Assembly: GCA_050084985.1 (NCBI GenBank)
Contig: JBITNC010000002.1
Location: forward strand, 13,206,001 to 13,270,000
From: Nageia nagi
Lineage: Eukaryota; Plantae; Pinophyta
DNA length: 64,000 bases
Direction of reading: 5' to 3'
A program made the translations under genes and the position numbers. Under the pieces are notes generated by a model. It had not been told where the DNA came from. It saw nothing but the letters and a program-made list of their open reading frames with translations, and ran no database searches. Below, piece by piece: positions 37,701 to 51,469 of the stretch (its first letter is position 1; each line of letters opens with the position of its first letter).

Positions 37701-40700
37701 TATGAGATAGAGAAAACCTATCATGATCACATCCATCCTAGCTCTAGTCCCTTTGCCTCTTTTGTTGTATTGGTGAAAAAGAAAGATGGAACAATGAGAA
37801 CGTGCATAGATTATAAGGTCCTCAACAAGAAAACAATCAAAAATAGGTACCCTATCCCTAGAGTGGATGAACTTATAGATGAGCTTCATGGTGCTATTTA
37901 CTTTTCTAAAATTGATTTGAGATCGGGTTATCATCAAATTAGAGTGAGAAAGGAGGATGTGCACAAAACAACCTTTAGATGCCATTTTGGTCATTATGAG
38001 TTTTTGGTTATGCCATTTGGCTTAACCAGTGCACCTGCTACATTCCAATCAGCCATGAATCATATTTTCAAGGAACAATTGAGAGACTATGTGTTAGTAT
38101 TTTTTGATGACATTCTTGTTTACAACAACACATGTGAGGATTATCTTAGGCACTTGGATTCAGTTCTAAACATTTTGCAGCAACAACAATTTTATGCCAA
38201 GAGATCAAAATATGAGTTTTGGATTGACTGAAAATATGTATTTGGGACATGTAATCAGCAACCAAGGTGCTCAAGCAAAAGATAGCTGCTATTCAAGATT
38301 GGCCAATACCCACTACCTTGACTCAGTTGAGAGCGTTCTTGGGTTTATACAGCTACTATAGGAGGTTCATTAGAGGATTTTCATAGTTGACAGCCCCATT
38401 GACTTAGTTAACAAAGAAAGGGGCATTTACATGGAGTAATGAAGCACAAAAGGCATTTGAAAAATTAAAACAAGTAATGACTTCTTGTCCTTTACTAACT
38501 ATTCCTGATTTTTCTTTGCATTTCACAATTGAATGTGATGCATTAGGTGTAGGGATAGGGCTTGTACTTATGCAAAAAGGGCATCCAATTGCATTTGAGA
38601 GTAGAAAACTCAGTTCAAAAGAGAGAACGTTCAACATATATGACAAAGAAATGTTTGCCATCATGCATGCTTTATCAAAGTATAGGCAATATCTTGTTTG
38701 CGAAAAATTTGTAGTGAGGACTGCTCACAAAAGCCTTAAATATTTCTTGGGACAATGTGATTTGAATGATAGACAGCAGAAATGAGTAAGCAAATTGCAA
38801 TCTTATGATTTTGAGATTGAATTTTTGAAGGGTAAAAAATGCAGTTACTGCTGCATTATCACATACCCCTTCATTCCATTCTATTTATATTGTACTGCTG
38901 ATTGGAAGGCATCAATCATGGCTGACTATGTTATGAATAATTTTGCATCTAATATTCTAAATGGCCACACAAAATATAGGTATAACGTTAAGGAAGGTCT
39001 GATTTTTTATAAAAACAAAAATTTTATTGTGTCAGAATCAAAGTTGAAAGAGAAGTTGATCATAGCTATGCATGGCACACCATTGGTTGGCCATCCATAT
39101 TTTTTCTACACATATAGACAATTGAGAGGGGGATTCACTTGGAAGGGTCTCAAGGAAGATGTCCTTAGGCATGTGAGGGAGTGTGCCACTTGCCAAGAGA
39201 ATATAATTGGAAATGCATTACTTGTTGGACTGTTACAACGATTGCCCTTCCCAAATCAAAAATAGGAAAGTATCTCCATAAACTTCATTATAGGTTTGCC
39301 CAAGGTGCAAGGTAAAGATAGTATATATGTTGTGATTGATAGGTTGTCGAAATTTGCACGTTTCTATGCTATCTCAGTCACCTTCACAACAGTACAAGCT
39401 GTTGATATGTTTTTAGGAAGATTTTTAAGCTTTATGGCATGCCAAGGAACATTATGAGTGATAGGGAAAAGAAGTTCATGAGCATGATTTGGCAAGAATT
39501 ATTCAAACTTTGTGGCACAAAGTTAACTCCTAGCAGTAGTTACCATCCACAAATTGATGGTCAAACTGAAATTGTAAATAAATGGGTGGAAGGTTACTTG
39601 CGTAACTATGTTTTAGGACAACAAAATGCATGGATAAAGCGGCTACACTTGAGAGAGTACTGTTATAATTCTTCATACCGTATGTCTATAAAAATATCTC
39701 CTTTCATGGATTTGTATGGTTATGACGCTCTTAGCTTTACCAAATAGCTATTTAGTGATAGTAGAGTGCCCAAAGCTAAGGATGTTTTGCAGGAAAACTG
39801 GGATATCATGAGAACATTGAAGGACAACATTCAACTTGCACAAAATTAGAAGTATGCAAATTAGCAAAGGATTGAGTGTAGTTTTGAAGAGGGAGACATG
39901 GTTTATTTGTGTTTGCAACCATATAGACAGTCCACAATGAAAAGGAGTGGAGCAGAGAAGCTGAAACCACATTTTTATAGTCCCGACAAGGTCCTATGCA
40001 AGAATGGAGAAGTGGCATATGAGTTAGAGTTATCAGTTAGTAACAGAATTCACAATGTGTTCCATGTTTCTTTCTTGAAAAAAACCCTCGGACAACACAT
40101 TGTACCTTATCAGAATTTACCCCCTCTTGATGATGATGGAGAATTGATATTGATACCTGAAACTATAATGGAGACTAGAGAAAAGAAGTTGAGAAACAGG
40201 GTCATCAATGAATACTTGATGAAATGGAAAGGTTTGCTAGTTGAAGATGCCACTTGGGAAGGACCTAAGATACTTGTAAATCCAACTTTGCATTGCTTGA
40301 GGGAAAGAAATTTGGGAGGGGCGGACTTGTAATAACCCCTCTAGTGGTCCCCACTCATTTAATGCAATTTTATAACAAAATCACCCAAGAGGAAGTTGGA
40401 TGCACTTTTTATGGAGTAGATAGGAGTGATTATTATAATAAAAGTAATTGTCAAAAAATAAGAATGTTGCCTCGATTTCAGCACCATTCAATATGCAATT
40501 AGAAGGCAAAAAGGGGACGACCAGTTATAAAGAGGGGAAGAATCCCATTTGGAGACTATCTAGGGCATTTTTACATTGTGATTTTGTGGATCAAAGAGTT
40601 GATCCCTTTTTCATCCTTCTATGGACAAAAACCTACAAAAGAGCCAATATTGAAGACAAGGGCTGATCCCTTTTTCATCCATCCAGGTTTCACACTTGTG

Positions 40701-41087
40701 TCCATTGAGATTTTCTGCATTTGATTTGAGGGTTTGGAAACCCTAATGTGGAAAGTTTCAGAGTTTTCAGATTTCAGCCAGCTTTTTAGGTAGTCACCCA
40801 ATTTTGGGGGGCCTTTTTGTGTGTTTTCAAACTTGATCTGCCTCCTAGAGAGGAGCCTCCAGGTATAGGCATTTTACTTTATATTCTTGGAGCAGTTTTT
40901 ATGTACTTTGAGTGCCCTAGATTGTGTTACCACTTTCACAATACTTTAATAAAAATTTTGGAGATTGATTTGGCCATTTTGAGAATTTCTAGTCCATTTT
41001 TAGTATAAATTTCAGGTATGAAAAATATTTGAGCAATTCTGATTTTTGTTTGCAAAATTTCTGGATTTCCTAGTTAGGGATCTTACA
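34770..41087 (+). mobile_element. Older Ty3/gypsy chromovirus, related to the element at 12091-18187
   Basis: Diverged LTRs at 34770-35573 and 40328-41087, TSD CTTGC/TTTGC, PBS TGGTATCAGAG at 35575 and PPT at 40308-40327. Confidence 0.93.
35613..40332 (+). pseudogene. pol: gag-pol with chromodomain, many stops and frameshifts
   Basis: [51 protein letters not shown] and EYLMKWKG; a 55-bp tandem duplication at 37188-37297. Confidence 0.92.
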
Positions 41088-41422
41088 TTTGCTACTGAAA
41101 TACTCATGCTAGAAGAAAGGCCGTGCTTACTTTTATGGACTCTGATTATTGAAGAAGTAAGGTTGGGTACTAAATTTAAAATGTGTCTAATTCTTTATCA
41201 TTGACATGGATCATGACAACAGTGATGGTGGTCTACCTAAAGTTCTTTTCTCATTGCCACTAGAAAAGGTTAAACCTCAAGCCTCAGAGGTCTCAAAAGT
41301 CGATCAAGAATGTATCCCATGAGGATGCCTCCCACAATAGCAATGAACAATGCCTATAAGTTTATCATGAAGTCATTGTATGTTTTTTGTGTAGATTTCC
41401 TTGTATCCAATCTACTAGATAC

Positions 41423-44400
41423 AAGCTCAACCTTGGAATACCACCAAAGGAGCCCTCCTCAAACCTTGGAAACCATTGAAGGTGGAAGCTCAACCTTGGA
41501 ATACCATCGAATGGGCTAGGGTGCTACACCAAAGCCGTAGACTAACAAGATCCCTCAACTTGCTAATCCTCCTAGATGTTGCACCTAGGGGTCTTGCTTA
41601 GCGTTGCGCTAAGACTTCTGTCCTCTGGATGGTATGAGTGATAATAATAATTTTGTATATCTAGCAATAAGGTTCCAAGGGCTAATACAGCTTTCCTGGA
41701 TCTGGATCTCACCTTAATCTCAACACTCAGTCCTCTCATGCCTCAACATTGGCACCTAGGAGTCATTCCAGGTCCAACGTGGGTATCTCGACCTCCTCAT
41801 GCTCCATGTGGGTCCAAGAATGCATGAGTGGGTCTAGGAGGCATGTGTGGGCATTTGGGGGGCAACATGGGTGTCGTGTGCCAACATGGGGGTCTAGAAG
41901 TCTTCAAAGGTTGGTGCATGTGTACAAGTGCTCCCAATCTCAACATTGGGGCCATTAAATGCTCATCCATCCACTAAGTGCTAAATAGACCTTGGGATTC
42001 CCACAATCATGTAATGAGATCTCCAAGTACATTAAAACACTCTAATCTATACTTGGGAGGGAGACGTCCCGCTTGGGGCTCATAGTGGGGTCTAATGACC
42101 CATTAACTCTTCTACTCCAAGTATTAACTTAAAAGAACAATTAAATAATTAAATATAATACAAAGGGGAATCTATTGGATTCCATAATTATTTACAATTG
42201 TGTAAGGGGGACATGACAAAGTCTCCCCTCTCAAGATTGCTTGCCCTTACGCAATTCAACGCAGGACGTGCAAGTATCTCTGTCCTTACCATGTGGAGTC
42301 CTCATCTGGAAAATCACTCCATTTAATCAAATACTCTTGAATTTGTCTGGACCTTAATTTCTTGACTCTAGTCTCCAACACTCTCTCAGGAATCAAGACC
42401 AACCGTCCATCATCATCAAGTGGTGGAAGAGTAGTGGATGAGACGTCCTGCTGTCCAACGGCCTTCTTCAAGAGGGAAAAATGGAATGTGTTGTGGATCT
42501 TGCTCTCCTTGGGAAGCTCCAACTTGTAAGCAGTCTCTCCTACCTTGCGTAGGATCTTGTACGGACCAAAAAACCTAGGTTGAAGCTTCTATGGTCTCTT
42601 CTTCTTGAGTGAAGATTCTCGAAATGATTGCAACCTCAAGTACACCATGCCTCCTACCTAAAAGGTCTTCTCCGTCCTCTTCTAATCATAGTACTTATTT
42701 TGGCGATTTTGGGCCATCTGCAGGTTCTCCTTTAGTGCTCTCATGATGTCCTGATATTCCTGCAAGAAATATTTAGCTTTTGGGACTTTACCTTCATCAA
42801 AAATCAAGTCTATAAAGTTAGGAGGATTATAACCATACAAAGCTTTGAAAGGAGACATTTTGATGGATATATGATAAGTGGAGTTGTAGCAATACTCCCC
42901 AATGTGGAGCCATTTGACCTACGTTTGCTGCTGCTCAGTAACATAGTGTCTCAAGTACCCTCCACCCACTTGTTCACGATTTTTGTTTGCTCGTCCGTTT
43001 GGGGGTGGTAGCTAGTGCTTGGGGTGAGGTTGATGCCACTCAATCGGAACAACTCTTGCCAAAATAGACTCATAAACTTGCTATCTCTATCACTCACAAT
43101 CCTCCTAGGCAACGCATGTAGCCTGAAGATATCCTTGAAGAATAAATCAGCCAATTGTGTTGTTGTATATGTGACAATAATGGTAAAGAAATGGGCAAAC
43201 TTAGTGAGCCTATCTACCACCACAAATATACAATCTTTACCTTGCACCTTTGGAAGTCCAATGATGAAATCCATGGAGATATTTTTCCATTTCTGTTGTG
43301 GTATGGGCAATGGCTGAAGCAATCCTGTTGGTTTCACATGCTCCTCCTTGTTTACTTAGCACTGTACACACTCTCGAATGTGCCTCAAAACATTCTGCTT
43401 CAGCCCCTTCCATGTGAACCTCTCTTTTACTGACTTGTAAGTCTTGGTAATGCCTAGATGGCCTGCAAGAGGGATGTTATGCAAAGCATGGAGCACTTTC
43501 TCCTTCATTTCAGAATTAGGAGTTAGGAATATTCTATTTCTCTTCAAGATTAACACTTCCCTAACCATGTACCTCTTGTTCCTCACTGTCCCACCTAGGA
43601 TGCCTTGAGCAAACTCATCCTTGGTGTATTAAGCCATTATAATCTTCTTCCAATCAACAGTAATAGAGGAGAGAGAGTAAAAGGATGGGTTTCTAGATAA
43701 TGCATCAGAAGTCGTATTCTTCTTTTCTTTAATATACTGAATCTCAAAATCAAAGGATTGAAGCTTACTCACTCATCTTTGTTGTTTCTCACTCAGATTT
43801 GACTGGATGAGAAAATACTTCAAGCTATTGTGGTCACTCTTGATGATGAATGGACCACAAACCAAGTATTGCTTGAACCTCTCCAATGCATGCATAATGG
43901 CTAGCATCTTCTTATCATACATGCTGAAATTCTACTCTGCACTAGACAATTTCTTGCTCTCAAATACAATCGGTTGCCCCTTTTGCATGAGTACAACCCC
44001 AACACCAAGTTTCGATGCATCACACTCTAACGTAAAAGGGACTGAGAAATTAGGAATAACCAAGTAAGGGTACGAATACATGACCTTCTTGAGTGTCTCA
44101 AAGGCCTCTTGAGCACTCTCACTCCAAATGAATGCATCTTTCTTAGTTAATTGTGTTTGGGAGGCAGTCAAGTGGGAGAAGCCACGTATGAACCTCCTGT
44201 AGTAGTTGCATAACCCCAAAAACCCTCTTAGATGTGTTAGGGTAGTAGGTGTTGGCCACTCCTGGATAGCTGCAATCTTCTGCTTATCCACCCTAACTCC
44301 CTCATGGCTGATTATGTGACCAAGATACAAAATTTCAGTCATGCCAAACTCACATTTGGACTGCTTGGCATAGAATTTTTGTTCTTGCAATATCCTCAAA

Positions 44401-46856
44401 ACATGGTCCAGATGATGGAGATGCTCCTCCCACATTTTGTTGTACACCAAGATGTCATCAAAGAAGACTAGCAAAAACTTCCTCAGCTACTCCTTGAAAA
44501 CTTGATTCATGGCTGATTGGAAAGTGGTCGGTGCATTAGTCAATCCAAACGGCATCGCCAAAAACTCGAAGTGACCATAGTGACATCTGAATGTTGTTTT
44601 GTGTATATCCTCCTCCATCCTTATCTGATGGTATCTGGATCTCAAATCTATTTTTGAAAAGTATTTTGCCCCATGCAACTCATCAGTGAGATCATCTGCT
44701 TTAGGAATGGGATACCTATTTTTGATGGTCTTCTTGTTGAGCAAGCGATAGTCATACACATTTGCATGGTCCCATCCTTCTTCTTGACTAGCACAACCGA
44801 AGAGGCAAAGGTACTAGATCTAGCCCATATGAATCCCATGCTTAGCAACTCCTTGATGGTTTTCTCTATCTCATCTTTATAGACCTTTGGCTTCCTGTAG
44901 GGAGTAATCATGATTGGCTTGGCTCCCAATTTCAACTCGATAGTGTGCTCAAACCCTCTGTACGGTGGCAACCCCTTTGTCCGGGTATCAGTCAAGGATG
45001 CGTTGGACCTCATCCAGCTTCTCGTTGGCCTCCTCAGAATGCAAGGTGGGGCCTCCCTTGTCCAGAGTGAAAACGCAACCCCATTCAATCCCCTCCTTCC
45101 GGATGATGGCACTCATCTTCTTGGCCGATACAATCTGAGTGACAGCCTCAAGTTTACTGCTGATGGCTCCAGATCTAAGTGACAACTTCTGCTCACCCTT
45201 CTTCTTCAGATCCAATGAAGTAGTCGCATCTTTCACTCCTCTTGGTGGTCTAGATACATACGTTGGGATCTTGGATGGCTCTACCCCTCCAACGTTGGAT
45301 TTCCTCCAAGCCACCACTCCGTAACCCAGAAGATCCCGGTATAGCTGAAAGGTGATGTCTCTCTAGAACTCTTGGTGGTTCCTCAATAGATCTGGAGCAA
45401 GATTTTGATCTTTGGCGGAGTCATGTGTGGAGGCATAGATCTGGGCCCCCATGTCTGCCCCTTCTTCTTGCACGTCTTCTCCTCATGCCTTTTGCTTGGG
45501 AACCATAAGAGCCTCTCCCTTTCCTCCGAAGGGATCTCATTCTCTTCGAATTTTTGAAGGAGTTGGCGAAAAACCACCCTTCCAAACTTTGACATCTTTA
45601 CATTAGTTGTAAATCTAGCTTCCATTTCCTCAGTCGGCAAGATCTTCAGCTCTGATACAATTGTAAAAGCCTAAATGCAATTTTAGTACAATTAAATCAA
45701 ATACACACAAGCATGCTCCAATGTCTAACCTAGGGCATCCAAATTAAGCCTCAACAATGCAATAATGCCAACATCTGGCCAAAACTAGCAAATAACAACA
45801 TACACAACCTCATAATGCCAACATCTAACTATAAAATGAAAGAAATAGGAAATACACCACAACGTTGCAATATGAAAGCATACACAAGACAAATACTGAG
45901 ATCCAAGTACCCAACGGTCATATAGAAGACAATCAATGGGCAATACTACAATACCAAGCCACCCGGGCTAGACGTTGGCCTCCAAGGACCCAACTAGGGC
46001 ACAATGTGTGCCTCTCATTGCTGGATAGATGGACAATGTGTGGGATAGTCTTGCTCCCTCAGAATCTGAATCCTCTTCACCGAAGGAGCCATCTTCAAAC
46101 CTTGTAAACCATTGAAGGTAGAAGCTCAACCTTAGAATACCACTGGATGGGCTACGGTGCTACACCAAAGTCGTAGACTAATAGGATCCCTTAGCCTACT
46201 AATCCTCCTAGATGTTGCACCTAGGGGTCTTGCTTAGCGTTATGCTAAGACTTTTGTCCTTTGGACGGTATGAGTGATAATAATAATTATGTATATCTAG
46301 CAATAAGGCTCCAAGGGTTAATATAGCTTTCGTGGATCTGGGTCTCACCTCAATGTCATCACCTAGTCCCCTCATATCCCAATGTTGGCACCTAGGAGTC
46401 ATTCCAAGTCCAACATGGGTATCTGGGCCTCCCTCATGCTCCACGTGGGTCCAAGAATGCATGCATGGGTCTAGGAGGCATGTGTGGGCATCTATGGGGC
46501 AACGTGGGTGTCATGGGCCAACATGGGGGTTTAGAAGTCTCCCCAAGGTTGGCGCATGTGTACAAGTGCTCCCAATCTCAACGTTGGGGCCATTAAGTGC
46601 TCATCCATCCACTAAGTGCTAAATAGACCTTGGGATTCTCACAATCATGTATCAGGATCTCCAAGTACATTAAAACACTCTAATCTATACTTGGGAGGGA
46701 GACGTCCCACTTGGGGCTCACAATGGGGTCCAATGACCCATTAAATCTTCTATCCCAAGTATTAACTTAAAAGCACAATTAAATACTTAAATATAATACA
46801 AAGGGGAATCCGTTGGATTCCAGAATTATTTACAATTGTGCAAGGGGGACGTCACA
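41423..46856 (-). mobile_element. Ty3/gypsy chromovirus lacking capsid, zinc knuckle and protease; 3' LTR truncated
   Basis: 5' LTR 45662-46856, partial 3' LTR ~41423-42218, degenerate PBS at 45649-45660, PPT at 42219-42238 and RT-RH-INT-chromodomain remnants. Confidence 0.9.
42215..45640 (-). pseudogene. pol: Short N-terminal leader fused to RT-RH-INT-chromodomain
   Basis: [40 protein letters not shown] and EYLIKWSDFPDEDSTW. Confidence 0.88.
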
Positions 46857-48130
46857 CCAAACTCAATTGAATTCTGAACATCAATATTGAGGGCAATTCA
46901 AAGAAGTAGATGGTGCTATATATTTATCTCCGAATGCTTTGTTTTATGTACTGTGAAACGGAATATGGGTATGAAGAGTATCCTTTTGTTTACAGGCTAT
47001 GCCCAAGGTTGCAACTGACCTGTAGATGATGAATATACTGTTGCAGAGAACAAGTAAAAAGCATAGCCTAATTGACCAATAGAAACTGTGTTCCTTTCAA
47101 CTCAGCCAAAGGATTGGACTGTGAAGAAGAATTCACAGCCTTAGGTTATGCAAAATTTGCCCGGTGAGAATTGGAAAGGCCCAATATATCATCAAAAATC
47201 ATGGCTAGTAAATACAGCCCATAGTTAACCTATAAGTTTTGGGTAAGAAAGAACACTGACACACAGAACCATGTAGATTCTTTCACTTTTAACGACTCTT
47301 TGGTAGATAAATATTGCCAACAAGAATGAATCTAGGTAGGTAGCAGTTCAATAAGAGTGCTAACTGGCCACAAATAGTCCTGATTGTTTCCATTGCAGCT
47401 TTTGTGGTGTAAAGGGAAGCACCCTTTGTGGCTACCATATGATGCTAAGGGAAAGGGTGAAAAAGCAATGCACCATGGGGCAGTGCCGTAGACAATATCT
47501 ACATGGATATTTGCATAACTCTAAATATTCCTCGTGACTCCAATGTTTACATTTATGTCAGCCCTCCAGTCCTTCCATTGAAATTTCTGTAACATCTCCT
47601 GCTGGGCATCTTCTTTCAGAATCAGGGCCAATTTTCAGCACCAGCAGCCAACTAGGCATGTGTTCAACTATTATGCTGCCAACTTAATGACAGCAACAAA
47701 AGTGTGCTGTCAATCATGCTCTAGTTGTTGAAAAACTGATATCTATTTATTTTCTACTTTGCATAGTTTGTTTAAAGATGCAGTACACAATTAGAAGAAA
47801 CATATCGCCATAGATTGCCATTGTAACCATTACCTTGCAAAGAGGTAAGTAATGTCTAGGAATGATACAAAGAAGAATATAAAGCTCTATATGAAAGGCC
47901 ACTTAGTTGCTGCAAAAACAGCCTTGGGTTTCAGAGAAAATCCAACTGGATAACCCTTGAAGATATGGACAGCATCAAACTCAAGTGTTAAAAAATATCT
48001 CACCTTTGCCTAGGTTGCTAGAAAAATGGCCCATCAGGAGAGCAAGATGTTACAAACAGGAAGCTGCAAGAAACCACTACTAAAAAATGAGTATTTAGCT
48101 CTAACGAAAGCACACTTATTTCTGACAGGA

Positions 48131-49933
48131 TGTTGCATTTAAAAGATGCCTTCACCACTTCACATTAGGGCGCACCAATTTGGGCAACTCCTTTTTCACT
48201 ACACAAAATCCTTGCATCTCAAATTTTCATGCACAAATGAAGGGAGAATGAAATGCACCTAAAAACTTGAATATTTAGCCACATTTCTCAATCTGGACCT
48301 GGGTGCACTGTTTTAGATGGGTCCTTTTGCACTACTGGAAAATCATGCGCCTAGGTCAAATAGGGCAAACCATGTAGAAAACATGAAGTGAATTTCAAAA
48401 AATGGACCCTGCGATCTAGCTTACCCTTCAGAAAAATGGCTCCTAACAATTCAGATGCCTTAAGAAACCCTTATTCCTCATGGGTGCACCAATTTGAATG
48501 AGTCCTTTTGCACAACCTGGAAATGGTGCGAATAGGGAGCTTTAGACAAAATGAAATGAAGTGGTGAATAATGCAAGGGGTGACCTCCTATTTATAACTT
48601 TCAAACTTGCCACGTGTCACCTTTGCATTGGTAAAAAAAAGAGGTCAAATAATAGTGTTGGTATGGAGGGTGCACGTTTTAGAGAGTGCTTTTTCATGTT
48701 CCAAAATACATGCGCCTACCAACTTGGTGCAACAAAATGACTTAGCCAGTTTTTATCATCCTTTTATCCCTTGAAGCTCAATCGCACCTTTTGGAAGGGT
48801 GCAAAAGCATGTCCCAAATCCTTGTGCCTAGGGGGTAGGCACCTCTCAAAAACTTAACTTGAATTTCTCAAAGAATTTTGGCCACACCAATTTGAGTAAG
48901 TCCTTTTCCATGTCCCAGAAAGCAAGTGGCTAGACCAAGGTGGAATTTTTACACTTGAACAAAAAAACTTAATCCTGAGCCAGGACATCTTGAGGCTAGC
49001 ACACAAAAATGCATGAGTGCTTTCATGATTTCCCATAATCATGTGCACAGTTCCATGGCACTCTCATCGATGCAACATTTTAAATTTTAATAAAAATGGC
49101 TTTTAAAAATAAATTCTAGGGTGGGGTGCACCAATTTGGAGGAGTGCCTCACCTCTCACATGAAAACAACTTAACTCAACGAACCGCAATTTGACCAAAT
49201 GATTTGAAAATGAAGTTGACCTCTTTTTTATAGCCTTTGCCCCCATATGGATAGTTGTCACATGCTAGTTGTTGTGAGTGAAGGCCCAATGCATGTCAAC
49301 ACACTTGTTTCCCTCATGGTGGACGTCTAGAAGTTTGACACTTAGCCAATTTTATACTCATCAAAGGGTGGGTGCACCGTTTTGGGTACATGCAAAAGCA
49401 TGTCCCCAAAAGCATGCACTCAAGCTATTTTGCCAAGTTCTTCAAAAAGAAAATGTTGTGTTGGAAACACCTCATCTACTTGGGTGCACCCTTTTTGGTA
49501 CATGCTTTTTCACTGCATGAAATACATGCCCAAGCACAAAAATACTAGTTTTTTAAAAAAATGACCAGAATGACCCTCAAAAATGATGTGGAATGAGGGG
49601 AAATGCATTTTTACATAATGACAAGTGCAATTTTGGCATGAAAAGTGCAATTTGAACATGAAAAATGCAAGAATTTACCATAAGTGTACGAAATGAGGTT
49701 GGATGCACCTTTTTGGTGCATGCAAAAGCATGTCCCCTAAACCATGCGCCTAGGACAAAAATGGTGTTTTTGGACTTGTTTGAACTTGAAAATGCAAATT
49801 TACCACATTTATCCTTGTTTGGCTTTGAAATTCATGCATTTGAATTAGAAAATTTTTCATGCTTTTGTCTTTCAGTATGATGAGGGTCCTCAAAAATGCA
49901 AAATTTTTGGGGGAGTGTTGTGCAAGTACAACA
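48131..49933 (-). mobile_element. Long LTR-like segment related to the Tat-associated family
   Basis: The right end (GGGTCCTCAAAAATGC...TGTTGTGCAAGTACAACA) resembles the termini at 9715 and 26066. GGGTGCACC and CATGCGCCTAG motifs recur, partly at ~181-186 bp spacing. No TSD; left edge uncertain. Confidence 0.6.
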
Positions 49934-49937
49934 CAAC

Positions 49938-50861
49938 TGTTAGCCACGTTTGCTATGGGCATTGGAGTTGCTCTACATCAATTGAACGTATAGACTTTTG
50001 ATGGTAATAAAGGAAAAATAACAAAAGAAATGCAAGGAAATGTGTAAAATGGGGATTATGGCACATGAGAGGAGTACATTCAATGATGAGCCCACCGATG
50101 AATCAGGGGTTAGATCACCTTCCTATCGGGATTATTATGAAGTGCAACACTCACTTATCCCACCTTGCTACAAACGACTAAGTCTGAATTGTAAACAAGT
50201 AGGAGCCTACAACAGTGCTACGAAGGAACAACAATGTGAGTATCACATCAAACCAAATGACATAATAGGAATTTCACCAACATTCATTTGTCTACATGCA
50301 AAAGAGTGAGTAATGTTCATCAAATAGCAATTACACAACTTCATAAGATATTCAACCATCTTTCTAACAAGCCTACACTTGCGAGAAATGCACATAAGTC
50401 ATGTAACAACTACAAGTAAATGCCAAGCACGAGTACTCAAACTCACAATCCCATTAAGTGGAAACAAGTCTTGATTTGATTAATTGTGCATCACATTCAA
50501 ATGCAAGAGAGTGTTCAAAATATTAGCATGTTTAAAATATCTCCTCTTGAGTAAAATGATCATCGTCTTCACAAATGATCCTTCAAGGGCTATAAATAGT
50601 ATTTGGTGGCAACCCTAAGTGTTTCCCTAACCCTAATGCAAATTCAAATGAAATTATTCAAAATAAAACCTAAATGTTTCCCTAACCCTAAGTGTTTCCA
50701 ATAAAACATATCACATGCACTACAAGATTAAATACGACACTTGTGGGAACAAATCTTCATCCATCACAAGGCTTAATCAAAATGAGTAAACTTTTCAGGT
50801 CCAAATTGAAATGAAATTATGAAAAAAAAAACTTGAAAATTGTTACATTTCAAATGTAACA
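49938..50861 (-). mobile_element. Probable 3' LTR of a minus-strand element
   Basis: TGTTA...TAACA termini; a short purine tract AGATGGGG lies immediately upstream on the minus strand. Confidence 0.55.
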
Positions 50862-51457
50862 CCCCATCTAGTTGGCGTCCATGACTTGAGATCTTGGTCA
50901 CCCCATAACAAGCACATCGAAGATGTCCTTGTTCTGGAAAATATGCTTCATAGTTTGGGCTGAAATTGGTCTTATCTGATGCTTCCAGATAGATGGCTCT
51001 TTCTTGTTCTCGAATGTTCACCCTATCTTGAGGATGGTACAGTTCTGGAAGCGTGTTCTCTTCTTCAAGGCTTTGCCTCTTCTAGTTCACCTCTAGCTCT
51101 TCCGCAATTCTTCTTAATTCTTTGATCCATTTTGCTCCTAAGGCCTTGATTTTGCCAATATCCATCTTCTAGGTATGAGCCTCCAAGTATTAAGGTTTCT
51201 ATGGATCCTTGTTTAGGAAGATCTTGGCAATCGACAATGTGTTATTGACCTTAAAAATGAATTTACTTACATAGTGAGTCTCTATGGACTCATCTTTCAC
51301 TCTTTGGCTAGGATCTTCATGTGATACTCTAATCATAGCTGCTAGGTCAATGTTGAACTTCTTTGATGATGCACCATCAATAGTCACCACCACCTTTGGC
51401 TCGACCTTCTTCCCTTTCATCTCAAAGCTTGCCTCGCCATCCTGACCTTTGATGTCC
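50862..51457 (-). pseudogene. Decayed retroelement extra ORF of unknown function
   Basis: ORF pieces 51199-51420 and 50773-51021 share one frame broken by stops and run into the PPT and LTR. Confidence 0.45.
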
Positions 51458-51469
51458 TAGCAAGTTTGG

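Noticed and set aside
46860-48130. Further coding exons of the host gene
   Set aside because: The sequence looks low-copy, but the best splice-bounded candidate (48063-48004) has stops in all three frames.
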